Part shown: piece by piece, positions 19,559-29,066 of the stretch
Position numbering within the stretch: the stretch's first letter is position 1
Layout of the letters: every line of letters starts with the position of its first letter
Assembly (NCBI GenBank): GCA_000146465.1
Contig: CP001944.1
Reading direction: 5' to 3' (one strand)
Length of the DNA: 64,000 bases
Program-made: the position numbers and the translations under genes
Notes under the pieces: generated by a model
What the model was told of the DNA's origin: nothing
The model's input: the letters and a program-made list of their open reading frames with translations, nothing else
Databases searched by the model: none

Positions 19559-19592
19559 AAAAATAATAAAAACGGAAAATCCCTAAGACACA

Positions 19593-21638
19593 ATGTCAGA
19601 AGAAAAGCAAAAATCCAATACATCTAGAGCAATTGGAATTGATCTTGGAACTACATTTTCCTGTGTTGCAGGGTACATAGGAGGAAAGGTGGAGATCATT
19701 ACAAATTCGGATGGAGAAAGAACCACACCGTCTGTAGTGAGTTTTGACGAGAACGATTGCACTGTTGTTGGAACAGCAGCAAAGAACATGGCAGGGCTTG
19801 ATCCCACGTCAGTTCTGTTTGACTCTAAGCGAATGATTGGAAGAGATTTTGACGATCCGAAGATCCAGAACATGATGAGTGGATGGCCATTCAAGATTGT
19901 GAGATACAACGGGCGTGAGAAGAAGGAGATGCCTCACAAGGATCCTTCTTCAACCAATTCCTATGACAACATGGCATACAAGTTCACGAAGAATGGAAAG
20001 ACCAAGTATTACACACCTCCTGAGATCAGCTCGAAGATTCTGTCTAATCTGAAGAAGGCAGCTGAGGCAAGGCTTGGAGGGCCTGTGGATGCCATGGTGG
20101 TGACAGTTCCTGCATACTTTGAGGATCCTCAGAAGGCAGCAACCAAGGCAGCAGCAACCATTGCTGGGTTCAATGAGGACAGAGTTAGACTCCTTGCAGA
20201 GCCAACAGCAGCAGCACTGGCATATGCCCACATCCAGACACAGAAGAATGCCAATTTCTCTGCAAAGGAGGATGTCCTTGTGTTTGATCTTGGAGGAGGT
20301 ACATTCGATGTATCTGTGCTTGACTTTGAGTTCAATGCAACCACAGGAACCTTCGGAATTGTCAAGGCCATTGACGGAGATACATTCCTCGGAGGCCAAG
20401 ACTTTGACAATCTATTGATCAACTACTGCATTTCCGAGTTCCTTAAAAAGAATCCTTCGATCCAGAAGACTGATCTCAAGGAGAGTGCTCTTCTCAGACT
20501 CAGGGCAGAGTGTACCAGAGTCAAGGCAGTTCTTAGTTCGGCAACAAGCAGCACAATCTATGTGCCTTGCTTCCACATGACAGATGACTTGAACGTACAG
20601 ATTACCCGTGCTAGATTCGAACTTCTTTGCGACCATCTCTTCAAGAAGTGCATGGAAAGGACCAAGGGATGTCTCTTGCGCTCTACAGGAGTTCCCTCTG
20701 TTGAGTACTCTTCTGATGGAAACAAGCTCCTTTTGAATCCTTCTCTTGAAAAGACATTGAACGAAGCCAGAAACAACATTAGTAAGGTTCTACTTGTGGG
20801 AGGATCATCGAGAATCCCAAAGGTCAAGGCTCTGCTTGCAGAATACTTTGGAGCACACAAGGTCATTGAGCCTGTGAATGCAGACGAGGCCGTTGCATAT
20901 GGAGCAGCATACCAAGCAGCATCCATATACTCCGATGCTGTGGAAGCAGGATCAAGTCTTCTTCTCATTGATTGTGTTCCGCTGAACCTCTCGATTGAGA
21001 CTGCCGGAGGAGTTGCAACACCTCTAATCAACTGCGGAGACAATATCCCAATCAAGAAGACAGAGACCTTTACAACCTATGAAGACAACCAAACAGCCGT
21101 AACAATCAATGTGCATGAGGGAAACAGGCCGATGTGCAAGGACAACAAGAGAATTGGAACCTTCAACCTGGATGGAATCATCCCAGGACCCCGTGGAACA
21201 GCTAAGATTGAAGTTACTTTTGACGTTGATCACAACGGAATTCTTGTGGTTACTGCCGAGGACAAGCAGACCGGAAAGTCCAACAAGATCACCGTAACAA
21301 ACTCTCAGAACAGACTTAGTCAGGAGGAGATCGAGAGGATGGCCAAGGAGGCACGAGATAACGAACAGCGTGACAACGAGGTCAAGGAGAAGATGGGCAA
21401 GAGGATGTCGTTCGACCAAGCCATTTTCACATTCAAGGGTCTTCTTGAAAAGGCCAACATTTCTCAAGAGAAGAAGGACGAGTCTTTGAATTTCATCAAG
21501 GAGCATGAAGAATGGCTCTCAAAGGCACAAGGGCCTGATGACTTCGAGGTGGAAGAGCTTGAGAGAAGATCTAATGAGCTCCAGAGCTTCATGAACGATA
21601 TCATGAAGGAATCTGGGATGAGTGCACCAACAGCCTAA
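19593..21638 (+). CDS. Hsp70-family chaperone (divergent cytosolic-type paralog; no ER signal/HDEL, no EEVD)
   Basis: 'IGIDLGTTFSCVAGY', 'VEIITNSDGERTTPSVVSF', 'DLGGGTFDVSVL' and an intact ATPase core. Several insertions and substitutions relative to canonical SSA-type Hsp70. Confidence 0.85.
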   Translation: MSEEKQKSNTSRAIGIDLGTTFSCVAGYIGGKVEIITNSDGERTTPSVVSFDENDCTVVGTAAKNMAGLDPTSVLFDSKRMIGRDFDDPKIQNMMSGWPFKIVRYNGREKKEMPHKDPSSTNSYDNMAYKFTKNGKTKYYTPPEISSKILSNLKKAAEARLGGPVDAMVVTVPAYFEDPQKAATKAAATIAGFNEDRVRLLAEPTAAALAYAHIQTQKNANFSAKEDVLVFDLGGGTFDVSVLDFEFNATTGTFGIVKAIDGDTFLGGQDFDNLLINYCISEFLKKNPSIQKTDLKESALLRLRAECTRVKAVLSSATSSTIYVPCFHMTDDLNVQITRARFELLCDHLFKKCMERTKGCLLRSTGVPSVEYSSDGNKLLLNPSLEKTLNEARNNISKVLLVGGSSRIPKVKALLAEYFGAHKVIEPVNADEAVAYGAAYQAASIYSDAVEAGSSLLLIDCVPLNLSIETAGGVATPLINCGDNIPIKKTETFTTYEDNQTAVTINVHEGNRPMCKDNKRIGTFNLDGIIPGPRGTAKIEVTFDVDHNGILVVTAEDKQTGKSNKITVTNSQNRLSQEEIERMAKEARDNEQRDNEVKEKMGKRMSFDQAIFTFKGLLEKANISQEKKDESLNFIKEHEEWLSKAQGPDDFEVEELERRSNELQSFMNDIMKESGMSAPTA

Positions 21639-21719
21639 ATAATTAAATGGTTTGTCTCTATAATCAACCTACTTTCTTTTGTGGAGGCAGGTTTAAGACG
21701 CCTCCCTTGGAACCCCAGG

Positions 21720-22250
21720 ATGGCTATTATTTCTCTAGTAGTCATCAACGTACACACAAGAAAGATAAAAGCAAAGGCATTTAGTCTCAAGCAATTCTCA
21801 TTCTTCACTCGAGGAAAGGTAAAGGAGACATTGACATTTATTTCACAAGAGCTTGCAGAAAAGTTGGAGACATATGAGTTCCAGGAGTACACACACGAAT
21901 TCAATGATGAAAAGGCCTATAAGCTGTTTAGTATGGTACATAACGACTATGCTTACATAGCATGTGCAGACGATGACTATCCCGGGGTTGTGGCCTTGAG
22001 ACTTTTACAGGAGGCAAGGCACGGAAACATCGAGAAGCTCATCGAGGAGTACAAAGACCCTGCATCAAAACACACCCTCTTACAAATACAGAACGAGGTG
22101 GAAGAGACAAAGGGGGCTTTGTCCAAGACTCTGATGGCAGTTCTTGAACGGAATGACAAGCTGGAGGATCTGGTTGCCAAGTCCGAGCATCTCTGTTATG
22201 AGACGAAACTGCTGTTCAAGAGTGCAAAAAAGAAAAATAAGTGTTGCTGA
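21720..22250 (+). CDS. YKT6: longin-type R-SNARE Ykt6
   Basis: N-terminal longin domain ('LKQFSFFTRGKVKETLTFISQELA'). The SNARE motif and tail 'LERNDKLEDLVAKSEHLCYETKLLFKSAKKKNKCC' match Ykt6 '...LERGEKLDDLVDKSE...FYKQAKKSNSCC'. Start at the ATG preceded by 'ccccaggATG'. Confidence 0.8.
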   Translation: MAIISLVVINVHTRKIKAKAFSLKQFSFFTRGKVKETLTFISQELAEKLETYEFQEYTHEFNDEKAYKLFSMVHNDYAYIACADDDYPGVVALRLLQEARHGNIEKLIEEYKDPASKHTLLQIQNEVEETKGALSKTLMAVLERNDKLEDLVAKSEHLCYETKLLFKSAKKKNKCC

Positions 22251-22322
22251 GGGCCTTATAAAATAAAACTAGACAGTTCGATATTTCTTTGTTTTTTGAA
22301 ACTAGTTTCACAATCCCATCGA

Positions 22323-24467
22323 ATGGACCATGAGTTCAGGCAGTTCTACGAAACACTTGAGAAGGGGAAGTTCAAGTTCTTTGGAAAGGGAGAAGGATAC
22401 AGCGTGTTCAACTCCGATATCGAGATGATTCCTCAGTACAACGCCAGAGACGTGATCGAAAGAAAGGAAATGAAGGAGCTAAGGCTTTCTAAAGGAGAAA
22501 TTGAAGGAATAGTTCGAGCACTGTTAACTGAGATCAAGATTGGGGTACAGGAATACAACGGCCAAGTTCTTGTAAGAGAAGGATTCCCAGGAAACTGGAA
22601 GGACTTTACAGACTTGCTGCTTGATGCTAGAAGTATTCCATCAATTGCAGCCGTCAAACTAGGAGAGGTGGTTGAGATCAGCTTCCTTATCACATCGGAG
22701 TCAACGATCTACACATCTGTCTTTGAGGATGATGAAATATTCAGCAGCCTGTACTGGATCCTAAGTGAAGTAAATGTGGTTGAGGTTGTATACGATAACA
22801 AGAAGCTTGGAGGTTTCTTCAACAGATTAGGGGTTTCAAGCAGCTTGAGAAGATGTGAAGAAAACACTGTAAAACTCCTGTGTAGATATCTCAGGATATC
22901 TGAAGAGAATTATAAGTGTGAGGAATATACTAGGCCATTTATATGCAGGATAGATAGAAGCGTCCTGTCTGCATTGAATGTGTGCAGTGATGACGAACAT
23001 TGTGTAGCTAAGACCTTTTGTTGTTATACAAACCAGGGCTGGAGACTCCTGCACAGAATGTTTTTGCAACCTCTTCGTAACAAGGATGAGATTGAGAGAA
23101 GGTTGGAAACCGTTGACTCATTGAGAACACTTAACCTGAACATCTTGAAGAAATTTCCAGATCTTCTAAGGCTATCTAAGCGAATAGAAACAGGGAGAAT
23201 ATCCTTGAGGGAAATCCTCAGACTTATTCAGACCATCGACATCATTCCAGAGCTCTTGTCTTCCTTTTCATCCTCTTTGCCTCTCACCAGAGACTTTTCT
23301 AAGCCTCTTAAGAGTATCTTTTCGGCTTTTGGCCCGTTCAAAGAAGAGATTGTACGAGTAGTCGATTTAGAGGCAGCAGAAGAAAACGTGTATAGGATTA
23401 GACCTGATGTGTCTGCAAGGCTTCTTGAGCTTTCCGAGGCTCTGGGAGAAATCGAGAAGGAGATGAATGGGGAGTATGAGAGGGTGTCTGAGATTTATCC
23501 GAAGATCAAGATAGACAAAAATACTGGAGTCTTCAAGACTACAAAGGGTGAGTACCAAAAAGCTCAAGATCTTCTTAGGAAGGAAGGTTTTGTTGAGCTA
23601 AACTTTGTAAAGGGAGGAGTCACACTTACAACCAGAATCCTTTCCTCCTTAAATGGGAGACAGGTAGCGCTTAAAAAAGAAATCGATGACGAGGAGAAAG
23701 AGGTTATGGACCGAATCAAGAGAATGCTGAAAAGTTACATATCTCAAATCGAGTCCTTGAACTACCTGACTGCATTGATAGACGTGTTCAATGCATTTTC
23801 CATCAAAGCCTCTCTCAAGGGATATTCAAGACCCATGTTCAACAAAGGGATATTTGAAATAAGAAATGGTTTCCATCCGGTTCTTGAAGATCAGGACTAT
23901 ATTTCTAACTCGATAAGGATGGAGGAGAAGAAGATGTGCGTGGTGACTGGCCCGAACATGGGAGGGAAAAGCACCTTCCTTAAAACATGTGGCGTGGTCG
24001 CTCTTCTTGCACATATAGGATGTTATGTTCCTGCAGACTATGCCAGTATTCCGATTCTTGACGGGATATATGCCAGAGTCGGGGCTAACGACTGTTCATT
24101 CACAGGCTCATCCACATTCATGATGGAGATGGCAGACATAGCAAGGATATGCCGTCTGAGCTCGTCCGAGTCACTAATCATAATAGATGAGCTTGGAAGA
24201 GGGACTAGCGCAATCGATGGCTTGAGCATTGCACAGGCTGTCAAAGAACATATTGTTCAGAAGAAAGCCCTGTGTCTTTGTGCTACACATTTTCCCGAAC
24301 TCTGCGGAGACGACGTGTTGAATAAGAAAGTTAAGAACGAAGGAACACTTCTTATGTATGAGGTTGTTGATGGGGTATGTGACACAAGCTTTGGAATAAT
24401 GGTTGCAGAGAAAGTAGGGTTTCCTACAAAGGTGATTGAGACGGCTAAGGAGTATATGGAAAAATAG
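22323..24467 (+). CDS. MSH2: DNA mismatch repair protein MutS homolog (MSH2-like)
   Basis: Walker A 'VTGPNMGGKSTFLKTCG'. C-terminal 'DELGRGTS' and 'THF'. The N-terminus 'FRQFYE...FKFFGKGEGYSVFNSD' resembles the MSH2 N-terminus. The first ATG is used (the track start is TTG). Confidence 0.8.
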   Translation: MDHEFRQFYETLEKGKFKFFGKGEGYSVFNSDIEMIPQYNARDVIERKEMKELRLSKGEIEGIVRALLTEIKIGVQEYNGQVLVREGFPGNWKDFTDLLLDARSIPSIAAVKLGEVVEISFLITSESTIYTSVFEDDEIFSSLYWILSEVNVVEVVYDNKKLGGFFNRLGVSSSLRRCEENTVKLLCRYLRISEENYKCEEYTRPFICRIDRSVLSALNVCSDDEHCVAKTFCCYTNQGWRLLHRMFLQPLRNKDEIERRLETVDSLRTLNLNILKKFPDLLRLSKRIETGRISLREILRLIQTIDIIPELLSSFSSSLPLTRDFSKPLKSIFSAFGPFKEEIVRVVDLEAAEENVYRIRPDVSARLLELSEALGEIEKEMNGEYERVSEIYPKIKIDKNTGVFKTTKGEYQKAQDLLRKEGFVELNFVKGGVTLTTRILSSLNGRQVALKKEIDDEEKEVMDRIKRMLKSYISQIESLNYLTALIDVFNAFSIKASLKGYSRPMFNKGIFEIRNGFHPVLEDQDYISNSIRMEEKKMCVVTGPNMGGKSTFLKTCGVVALLAHIGCYVPADYASIPILDGIYARVGANDCSFTGSSTFMMEMADIARICRLSSSESLIIIDELGRGTSAIDGLSIAQAVKEHIVQKKALCLCATHFPELCGDDVLNKKVKNEGTLLMYEVVDGVCDTSFGIMVAEKVGFPTKVIETAKEYMEK

Positions 24468-24511
24468 TCTAATAAACTTTTTATTAACTATATCAGACCA
24501 GAGAGGATTGT

Positions 24512-26950
24512 TCATTGCTCCTTACTCCCTTCTTTTCGATCCTGATCCTTACTTTGTGAATCTGGTATATCTTCCTCTTCGCTATCCTCTCCAAATATTA
24601 TCTTATAGAACTTCCTCCCATCATGCACAAGTGGTTCAAGGCTTCCGGTCACAAACCGTAGTCCATCCTGGAATTTGCTAAAAACCAGAAGTCCAGTCTT
24701 GAGACAAAATATATTGATGACATTTGCCCCAATGCAAATAACGTAGTTCCTAATCACTTTAAACTCTATTGGGACACAATTCCACAGGAAGATAACATCT
24801 GTACGCTTTAGCTTTCCTATTTCATCAACTATAAACCCTATGGAATCAAAGCACAAGAGGAATTCATGTGGCGAGACCGGGAATATCGATCTTGCAGTTA
24901 TGCCTTGGAGCCCTTGGAAAAGCACAGGGATGAACGGATCATAGATCTGTAGGAGCTCTTCTGTCCGAAGTGTCTCCATGTCAATAATCTCGAAGTCTTT
25001 GGATGCTATCACAATCTTGTCTGAGCAGAAGAAAACATTATATACCTGAAGCCCAACATACAGCCTTCGAGAAAGCTCAATCACAATTGAACGGTTGGAC
25101 ACAATTGCCAGAAAAAGAAATATCGAGAAAGATTTACCGTCCCCGGAGTCTGTAGACGCAATGCATGGGCCCTGTTTTGTTATTCCATAGAAAAAGTCTT
25201 CGATATCATCCTTCAGAACATTTTCTTCCAGGCTTGTTGACTCAACGTTGAAATGGGACGCATAAAGAATGGATTCCGATTGATATAGCATTATCTCGTA
25301 TGTAGAATCATAAATTATCTTCTTGACCTTCCTTTCCAGGATCTTATCGATCCTATTATTGAAGAACCTGCAGACACCATCGCTTGTTGCTATAATGTAC
25401 ATATTCTTTTGAGCAAAGATATATTCTGCATCGTCTCTTCTATTCAAGGGAGGAGGGAGTTGGATGCTGCTCACAAAGAAGTCAGCTGTTGGAAATAGGA
25501 TTTTCCACAAGGACTGGCCCTTTTTTGGTTTAGTCTGGCTTCCAATCTGGTCTGTCTCTTCGCTCTGTCTTTTTTCTTCCTCAGAGTTCTTCTTCTTGAT
25601 CTCCAAAAACCTATTCACAATCTCTATTAATTCATTGTCTTCTACCTCCACCTCCTTTTCCTCACTATCTTCAGAAAAAGATTTCTCTTCTTCGGACGGA
25701 GTCGAAAAACTCTCCTCCTCCAGGCTACCTGAAGAAGATAGGCTTTCCCCATACCAATCGAAGTCGGTTGCCTTGCATACATACTTCACTGGCTCATCTA
25801 TATTGAAAGGAAGTTCCTCAATAGTTACATCGCTTCGAAGCTTCGATCTGGCTTGAAGTATCGCCTTTTGAATTATGTTGTAGTATACATCTCTTTCCCC
25901 CTTGTCTTGGAAATATAGTCCCTGGGCTTTGTCTCCTCCTATCTCAAACAACAGTAGAGGAGAGAGCTCTTCAAAGGACTCGTCTTGAGGAAAGAAGCCG
26001 GTGTCCTTTTTTAATACAACTAGCCTAGCCATGAATATAGGCTCTTCTCTAATGAAGATCTCTGCAAATTTATTTTTTGGGTAGTCGCATATTAGTATGA
26101 GGTGATCAAAAATAAACAATTTGCATGTTGGTGAGTCTTCCTTTGTTTCTCCTCTTACCAGTACTTTCCCCTCCTTCAATAGTCTTCGTTTTTTCTGAAA
26201 CAGTGCTAGACAGTGTTGGTTCCTAACTTCCTTCTTATAACTAAAGTTGATCCCGAGCCTGTAGATGGCAAATTGAGTTCCAAACCTGTTAAATTCTTTA
26301 TCTGCATTCTTTGCTATTTTCATAAACTTCTCAATCAAATTTTCATATGCACTCTTCAGTTCTCCCTCTGTGTTCTTGGCAACAGCTCTCAAAAGCATGG
26401 GATATCTTGCAAGTTTCTGAGACGGCCTATACAGAAAATGCTTCACACCTAGGAACTCTGCATTTTTTTCTTTCAGAAAGTTTTCAACTCCTTTTTCAAA
26501 TTCTGGAAGGCGGAATATAAGCTTCTCAAGCTCAAAATCGGCTTTGGGAAGCCGCCGTACATACTCCTTGTATAGCTCAAACTCCTCAATATACTTCTCG
26601 TATATGGAGACATACTCTAGCTTTTGTATCTTCGGGTTGTTGATGTCAACCTTGTCAATCATATATTCCTCCGTGTTTTTCAACTCATGGTTTCCCGTTA
26701 TCTCCGAGTAGATACTAAGGTTCATCTTCTTCATATCTTTATAGATGTTTTCGTGCAGCTTCTGGATGTTTTCCAGATTAATAAATATCCTATCACATAT
26801 TTCATACTTAATCTTTGGGGTGCTAAACAATGGGCAGTTGAGAATCCATATCCTGAAATCTCTTTCCCACATAAGGAGGTCTTGAATATAGTTTTGCTCA
26901 CTTTTGAATATTTCTCCAATAGCCTCAATGACCTTTCTAAGTTTGGCCAT
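24512..26950 (-). CDS. Rho guanine-nucleotide exchange factor with DH-PH-CNH architecture (Rom1/Rom2-like)
   Basis: The DH domain opens 'RKVIEAIGEIFKSEQNYIQDLLMWERDF' and closes 'FLYRPSQKLARYPMLLRAVAKNT'. A PH-like region follows, then an acidic linker and a ~300-aa C-terminal CNH-like beta-rich domain. Confidence 0.7.
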   Translation of the reverse strand: MAKLRKVIEAIGEIFKSEQNYIQDLLMWERDFRIWILNCPLFSTPKIKYEICDRIFINLENIQKLHENIYKDMKKMNLSIYSEITGNHELKNTEEYMIDKVDINNPKIQKLEYVSIYEKYIEEFELYKEYVRRLPKADFELEKLIFRLPEFEKGVENFLKEKNAEFLGVKHFLYRPSQKLARYPMLLRAVAKNTEGELKSAYENLIEKFMKIAKNADKEFNRFGTQFAIYRLGINFSYKKEVRNQHCLALFQKKRRLLKEGKVLVRGETKEDSPTCKLFIFDHLILICDYPKNKFAEIFIREEPIFMARLVVLKKDTGFFPQDESFEELSPLLLFEIGGDKAQGLYFQDKGERDVYYNIIQKAILQARSKLRSDVTIEELPFNIDEPVKYVCKATDFDWYGESLSSSGSLEEESFSTPSEEEKSFSEDSEEKEVEVEDNELIEIVNRFLEIKKKNSEEEKRQSEETDQIGSQTKPKKGQSLWKILFPTADFFVSSIQLPPPLNRRDDAEYIFAQKNMYIIATSDGVCRFFNNRIDKILERKVKKIIYDSTYEIMLYQSESILYASHFNVESTSLEENVLKDDIEDFFYGITKQGPCIASTDSGDGKSFSIFLFLAIVSNRSIVIELSRRLYVGLQVYNVFFCSDKIVIASKDFEIIDMETLRTEELLQIYDPFIPVLFQGLQGITARSIFPVSPHEFLLCFDSIGFIVDEIGKLKRTDVIFLWNCVPIEFKVIRNYVICIGANVINIFCLKTGLLVFSKFQDGLRFVTGSLEPLVHDGRKFYKIIFGEDSEEEDIPDSQSKDQDRKEGSKEQ

Positions 26951-27046
26951 CTAAAATAGAGTTCTTTGTTTTTCTGTATTTATCTCTTCTCAATGTTTCA
27001 GAGAGAAACATCAATAGCATTTGTCTCTGATCTCTTATAAAGCCAT

Positions 27047-28045
27047 TCATTGGTCATCCATCTGAAGTATCTCGTAATCTTTCCTCCTCAGATGATCTGC
27101 CACATTGAACATGGTTTCCACTCCCATGTCCAACGGCTTCTGAAAAATCTCCATACAGACATCGAAGTCCTCACGAAGAATCATATTTTTCATTAGGAGA
27201 ATGGCAGAAGCACAGCAATACAGCACAATTTCAAATCTACACACGTCACTAAGAAGCCGGTCCCAAAGCCATACGACGTCTTCAATTTCAAAACACGGCA
27301 TGAACATCAGTAATATCCACTTCATGTGGAATCCTCCTTCTGTTAGGCCTTTTTTTCTCATCACTTCATACAGCTCTCCGTCCGCATTTTTGACTATTTC
27401 CATGACCGTGGACATCCTATGAACTATCCCTCCGCTACACTGATCAAAGTCTCCAATGAAGTTGTCTCCTATCTCGGCCATCAATGAATTGAAACAGAAG
27501 AAGGTGTCTTCTTCGCAGTACTTTCTGTCCTCAGAGTCCTCACTGCGGCACAGGACATAGTATATCGCTATCAAGACAAGATTCATTCCCTGGACATATC
27601 TCACCGAAGAATTGGTCATTGCGTAGCACTTCAGTATTCTTTCGACAATGTTTCTATGGCTTTCTTGGGAATTTTCAGATACACTGTCCAAAAATTCACA
27701 GTATTTTCTTTTTTCTTCAAAGCTCCCATGATCTGTCCTAGGCCTAATGAACGTCCTGCAAACATCATTTTCAATCACCTTGTAGCATTCCTCTTTTCCT
27801 TTAAACTCCTCCTTCATTTTCTCTGCATAAAAGCCATAGGAACTTCTCATGTTCCTAAGAAACATCTCGGTTTTGAACTTATTCTTACTGTAATATCCAA
27901 GAAAGATCTTCCAGTACTTTGGCCTGAGAAATCCATCGGAAAAGCCGTAATAGCAGTATTTCCTGACTTTGTGAACATCCAACGGAGTCGAGTCTGCTGG
28001 ATTGACTTGCTTCTCTATAAGACTGTACAGCGTTGTTCTCTCCAT
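27047..28045 (-). CDS. TBC-domain Rab GTPase-activating protein
   Basis: Arg finger 'IENDVCRTF' (IxxDxxR) and Gln finger 'YVQGMN' (YxQ). 332 aa. Confidence 0.85.
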   Translation of the reverse strand: MERTTLYSLIEKQVNPADSTPLDVHKVRKYCYYGFSDGFLRPKYWKIFLGYYSKNKFKTEMFLRNMRSSYGFYAEKMKEEFKGKEECYKVIENDVCRTFIRPRTDHGSFEEKRKYCEFLDSVSENSQESHRNIVERILKCYAMTNSSVRYVQGMNLVLIAIYYVLCRSEDSEDRKYCEEDTFFCFNSLMAEIGDNFIGDFDQCSGGIVHRMSTVMEIVKNADGELYEVMRKKGLTEGGFHMKWILLMFMPCFEIEDVVWLWDRLLSDVCRFEIVLYCCASAILLMKNMILREDFDVCMEIFQKPLDMGVETMFNVADHLRRKDYEILQMDDQ

Positions 28046-28379
28046 TTTCTTGCAAATTCATTTACTCTGCGGTCTTATTTCTCCTCAATGAATTCTGTTG
28101 TTCTGTAGAGGCTTCGCCCAATGGATTTCTGTAGTCTTGCATTAGAACGGCTTGGATGATTGGACTTTCGCAATAACTTTCAACCAACCGGAGACTAGAT
28201 GAGCAGCCAAACACACATGGATGCAAGAAGCTCTTGTAGTGTGGTGGAAATGCTGTTTAAAGTCTTTCTCCTTGGAATTCTTAAATCCACGGTTTTAGGC
28301 CAGATGCTCCTATTCCCTCCCTTCCAGCACCCAATACTCGGGCACACAGAAAAGGAGTTCGCTATTAAAACGAAATCCA

Positions 28380-28949
28380 ATGGAAGCATCCATGTACTCA
28401 AGGGAAGCTCTAGCTCTCGAGGATGGTGCCAGATACAGAGGAGAGCAGCTTACTAACGGAGGGTCGTTTAAAATAGAAATGAATGTAGATGCCATCGACA
28501 TCGAGCAGGAATTCATCTGCGGAACATTCGAGATACATAACCTTACAGACAGATACGAGCTTCTCACAACGTACTTTGAAGGAGAAATAGTTGGGAACAT
28601 TTATCCATTTACAACTGAGGAGTACTCGATGGGGAATCCGGACATAATACATTGGAAGCTCTTTCCCGAATGGAAAGGAGAGTATGTCTATAGGGAAGGG
28701 TCTTATGATATAAAGAAGAGCAACTTCATGTATATCAAAATCAAAGAGCTGTTCTTGCTTCCCGATCCCCGGCTTAAAAGCATACCAGGAGCATCGATTG
28801 ATGGGCACTACTACTGCTGCTACTACAAGAACCTTGATTGCTTTGCCGGACACTATTACTACAAAAACACGTCGAACCTAATATCCCAGCAAGTGCTTTT
28901 GGACAGAGTATTTTCAAGGAAGTCTAGAAGTAAGTCATTTAGCAAATGA
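28380..28949 (+). CDS. GID4: GID4/Vid24 substrate-recognition subunit of the GID/CTLH E3 ubiquitin ligase
   Basis: 'LLTTYFEGEIVGN', 'IIHWKLFPEW', 'LFLLPDPRLKSIPGASIDGHYYCCY', 'GHYYYKN' align with human GID4 'LTTYFEGEIIS...HWGKF...FLVPD...ISGASFAGFYYICF...GYYYH'. Confidence 0.8.
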   Translation: MEASMYSREALALEDGARYRGEQLTNGGSFKIEMNVDAIDIEQEFICGTFEIHNLTDRYELLTTYFEGEIVGNIYPFTTEEYSMGNPDIIHWKLFPEWKGEYVYREGSYDIKKSNFMYIKIKELFLLPDPRLKSIPGASIDGHYYCCYYKNLDCFAGHYYYKNTSNLISQQVLLDRVFSRKSRSKSFSK

Positions 28950-29066
28950 CATGAATATATCATTAAATAATAATTTCAAATAAAAGCTCTGTGTTAAGCC
29001 TGACGAATGGGAGATGGATATCTCAAGATTTGACAGGACTTTAAATGTTTTTGTAGGAGACCCTCG

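Noticed and set aside
28199-28456. 85-aa ORF in the TBC/GID4 divergent promoter region.
   Set aside because: It overlaps the GID4 start, has no motifs, and has a low-complexity composition. It is most likely promoter DNA.
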